Assembly: GCF_006345805.1 (NCBI RefSeq)
Contig: NW_021827957.1
Location: 1 to 9,308 of the forward strand
From: Octopus sinensis
Lineage: Eukaryota
DNA length: 9,308 bases
Direction of reading: 5' to 3'
Shown: piece after piece, positions 6,839-9,308 of the stretch
Layout: every line of letters begins with the position of its first letter
Numbering within the stretch: the stretch's first letter is position 1
The notes under the pieces: model-generated
Told to the model about the DNA's origin: nothing
Databases searched by the model: none
The model's input: the letters and a program-made list of their open reading frames with translations, nothing else
Translations under genes and position numbers: made by a program

Positions 6839-7767
6839 TATATAATACACAATGGGACAAGAATAGTTAAGTGATACAAAAATGCGACTTGACTAAGGAT
6901 ACTGGGGGTGTAAGCGTACACATGGTCACACACAGACACACACGCATGCACATACGCACATATACTGTGTATGCGGTATAACGTGATTAAATCATGATTT
7001 ATCTTTATCTATAAATGTACAATTCTATATATATACACATTCATGTACATTTCTATTTATAATTATCTAAAAATATATTACTTCTATCTACATTTCGCAA
7101 ATAAATCCCGAGCAGAAACCGTACGCGAAAGTAGAGAAAGTCCCATTTTGATAGAGTCATGAATTCCCCAGTGCTTAAACACATGCACTTCTGACATGTG
7201 GAGTTATGTCAAACAACTGTTTTGCGTGTGGGACGAATGCGATTATCGGTCGAATCCACCCACCTTTAACACAGCCGGGTAGGCAGTAGCCTTCTGTCTA
7301 ATAGCGACAGCGAGGCTTAAAGGATTGAGAAAAGACGCGTTCTTCTTCGGTCAGCCCTTATCCACTTTTTTAAGTTCCACTTGGAAACGAAATTGAGGAT
7401 GGAACCTGAAGTGCTGCCTCCCGGAGACTTTGTGAAAAGATGAGTGATTGTGGTAAAAATGGTTTGAGTAAATTACCTAACTCTAGGCATGCGTCTGTAG
7501 AATGGAGAACAAAAATTGGGTGAGGAAACGTGTCTTTAATGGTCACAGTAATCCTGGGTTTGTGGGGTACCTTGATTGTTCCATCCCAAGCTGGAGTTTC
7601 TCAGGTGACAAGAGGACTGCATCATTCACACACTTTGGATACTGCGGCCATATATACTTTACAATGTATAGTATTATGGCTGCAGTCTAATGACCGAAAC
7701 AGGTGTTAAGAAAAAACTAAAGATGACTTAACGTGTGGAAGCATATTGTATCCCAGAGGACGTACAA

Positions 7768-8000
7768 TATTCTTTTATTCTTTTAGATGTTTCAGGCACT
7801 TGACTGTGGCCATGCTGGAGCACCGCATTAAAGGGGTTTTAGTCGAAGACATTGATCCCCAAGACTTATTCTTTGTAAGCCTAGTGCTTCATCTATCGCT
7901 AATTTTTGCCGAAGAGTTAAGTTACGGGGACGTAAACACACCAACATCAGTTGTCAAGCGATGGTGAGGGGACAAACACAGACACAAAGTCACACACACG
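7768..8000 (-). mobile_element. 3' half of CORE-type SINE (inside duplication copy 2)
   Basis: Near-identical to 5841-6076 (1 substitution, 3 small indels). Confidence 0.85.
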
Positions 8001-8019
8001 TAAATATATATATACGTGT

Positions 8020-8064
<45 letters not shown>

Positions 8065-8348
8065 CCATCTCACATCGTCTCTCATGAAAGGATATTTATA
8101 ATGTCCCAGAAACAGCTGCAAGACCATATTTGTATCTTTTTACTTATGAAATCCTCACAGCCTTGGCATTGTTATCTCATTTTGTCATATATATATATAT
8201 ATATATATATATAAGAGACCAAAGTGTACGTACGCCGCTATATATATATATATATATATATGTAGGTCCCGGGTTGAGTCGGGGTTAACCACAGTAAATA
8301 AGGTACTCAATACATAGCAGAGTAAAGTAATTTATTTTATAGAAGGAG

Positions 8349-8395
8349 CTTCTACAGGACTAGAACTGTTTCATTCAGATGAAATCTTCAGGAAA
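8349..8395 (-). ncRNA. Minimal type I hammerhead ribozyme (stem II closing pair degenerate)
   Basis: The minus strand reads TTTC | CTGAAGA (8391-8385) | T-TTC-ATCT-GAA-T | GAAA (8372-8369) | CAG-TTCTAGTC-CTG | TA | GAAG. Stem I is TTTC/GAAG, stem III is CAG/CTG plus A-U, and the GUA triplet predicts cleavage between 8353 and 8352. Position 10.1-11.1 is a U-U mismatch. Confidence 0.65.
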
Positions 8396-8583
8396 ATACA
8401 AAATGGGACAAGAACGCAAAACATCCGAACAGTTAGGTGATACAAAAATGCGACTTGACTGAGGAAAGAAAACTTCGAATGATCTCTTCCTGTTTCTTTG
8501 TATCGTCTATCTGGATGTTTGTTTTCCCTTTTTGTATCACCTAACTGTTCGGATGTTTTGCGTTCTTGTCCCATTTCGTATTT
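8394..8583. repeat. 55-bp inverted repeat (48 bp perfect) with an 80-bp spacer
   Basis: aaatgggacaagaacgcaaaacatccgaacagttaggtgatacaaaaa (8401-8448) is the exact reverse complement of 8529-8576. Confidence 0.97.
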
Positions 8584-8585
8584 CA

Positions 8586-8589
8586 TATA

Positions 8590-8647
<58 letters not shown>

Positions 8648-8708
8648 CTATCTCTACATATATATATATGTGTATGTGTGTGTACGTACGTGTGTATATG
8701 TATATGTA
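8586..8708. repeat. (TA)n / (TG)n / (TATG)n microsatellite
   Basis: Direct observation. Confidence 0.9.
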
Positions 8709-9112
8709 TACTCTTTTACTCTTTTACTTGTTTCAGTCATTTGACTGCGGCCATGCTGGAGCACCGCCTTTAGTCGAGCAAATCGACCACCAGGACTTAT
8801 TCTTTGTAAGCCCAGTACTTATCCTATCGGTTTTTTTTTGCCGAACCGCTAAGTGACGGGGACGTAAACACACCAGCATCGGTTTGTCAAGCAATGCTAG
8901 GAGAAAAACACAGACCCCAACATATACACACACATACATATATATACATATATACGACAGGCTTCTTTCAGTTTCCGTCTACCAAATCCACTCACAAGGC
9001 ATTGGTCGGCCCGGGGCTATAGCAGAAGACACTTGACCAAGATGTCACGCAGTGGGACTGAACCCAGAACCATGTGGTTGGTAAGCAAGCTACTTACCAC
9101 ACAGCCACTCCT
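8708..9112 (-). mobile_element. Full-length tRNA-derived CORE-type SINE (Octopus OR/OK-like; exact family not verifiable)
   Basis: Minus strand: tRNA-like head with A box TGGCTGTGTGG (9107-9097) and B box GGTTCAGTCC (9064-9055). CORE-like CTTGGTCAAGTGTCTT (9041-9026), cf. the CORE consensus CCTTGGGCAAGTCACTT. Internal TA/TG tract at ~8920-8953, then a 3' domain ending in an (AAAAGAGT)2 tail at 8709-8727. Confidence 0.85.
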
Positions 9113-9127
9113 ATATATATATATATA

Positions 9128-9205
9128 TACGACATGCTTCTTTCGGTTTCTGTCTACCAAATCCACCCACGAGGCTTTGGTCGGCCCGAGGCTAAAGCAG
9201 AAGAC
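9128..9205 (-). mobile_element. Internal fragment of the same SINE family
   Basis: gacatgcttctttcggtttctgtctaccaaatccacccacgaggctttggtcggccc...gcagaagac is a diverged copy of 8955-9030. Confidence 0.85.
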
Positions 9206-9308
9206 TATAGGGATGTTTTCATTTATTTTTTTCTCTTTGCTTTTCGTATTTTTCTTTCTTTCTTTCACTGTTATCCTTCTTTTCTTTGTCCTTCATTTTA
9301 TCCTTCTT

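Larger units (their letters stand above)
4941..6895 (+). repeat. Tandem segmental duplication, copy 1 (1955 bp)
   Basis: Collinear with 6896-8465 at ~99% outside microsatellites and one divergent patch. It uniquely carries a 28-bp tandem duplication (5071-5126) and a Helitron (6439-6838), and lacks the 8262-8400 segment. Confidence 0.95.
6896..8465 (+). repeat. Tandem segmental duplication, copy 2 (~1570 bp)
   Basis: Begins AGGAtactggggg and ends atgcgacttgactgAGGA. The matching end of copy 1 (aatgggacaagaa...gtgatacaaaaatgcgacttgacta, 6851-6895) runs directly into this copy's AGGA. Confidence 0.95.
8262..8584 (-). mobile_element. Penelope-pLTR-like repeat with type I hammerhead, AATAAA and an inverted terminal segment
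   Basis: Hammerhead on the minus strand at 8349-8395. AATAAA on the minus strand at 8336-8331, 16 nt 3' of the predicted cleavage site. 55-bp inverted repeat at 8394-8448 / 8529-8583. Confidence 0.55.

Noticed and set aside
8459-8480. CTGAGGA-AAG-AAAA-CTT-CGAAT
   Set aside because: GAAT instead of GAAA, an extra C after stem II, and no stem III or NUH.
9045-9112. tRNA gene
   Set aside because: A and B boxes are present, but the sequence runs into CORE and SINE body without a full cloverleaf; it is a SINE head.

Overview
AT-rich, microsatellite-dense eukaryotic non-coding DNA with no intact protein-coding gene. The SINE family and repeat landscape resemble cephalopod (Octopus-type) genomes; this taxon call is an inference from recalled SINE consensus features and was not checked by any search. 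The window is a mosaic of: (i) a ~428-bp unit carrying a complete type I hammerhead ribozyme (CUGAUGA...GAAA, GUC cleavage site), present as a terminally redundant monomer (2486-3032) plus a ~370-bp inverted copy with a second hammerhead on the opposite strand (2114-2484), which looks like a non-LTR retrozyme / Penelope-like element; (ii) three further, unrelated hammerhead or hammerhead-like motifs in short Penelope-pLTR-like repeats (891-927, 4321-4359, 8349-8395); (iii) a dead mariner 3' half (3350-3973); (iv) tRNA-derived CORE-type SINEs (one full length, four fragments); (v) one clear and one probable non-autonomous Helitron; (vi) a young ~1.6-2.0 kb tandem duplication (4941-6895 / 6896-8465) with an AGGA junction, a ~170-bp patch about ten times more divergent than its flanks, and an ectopic 214-bp partial copy. 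Nearly all ORFs in the supplied track are microsatellite or repeat read-throughs.
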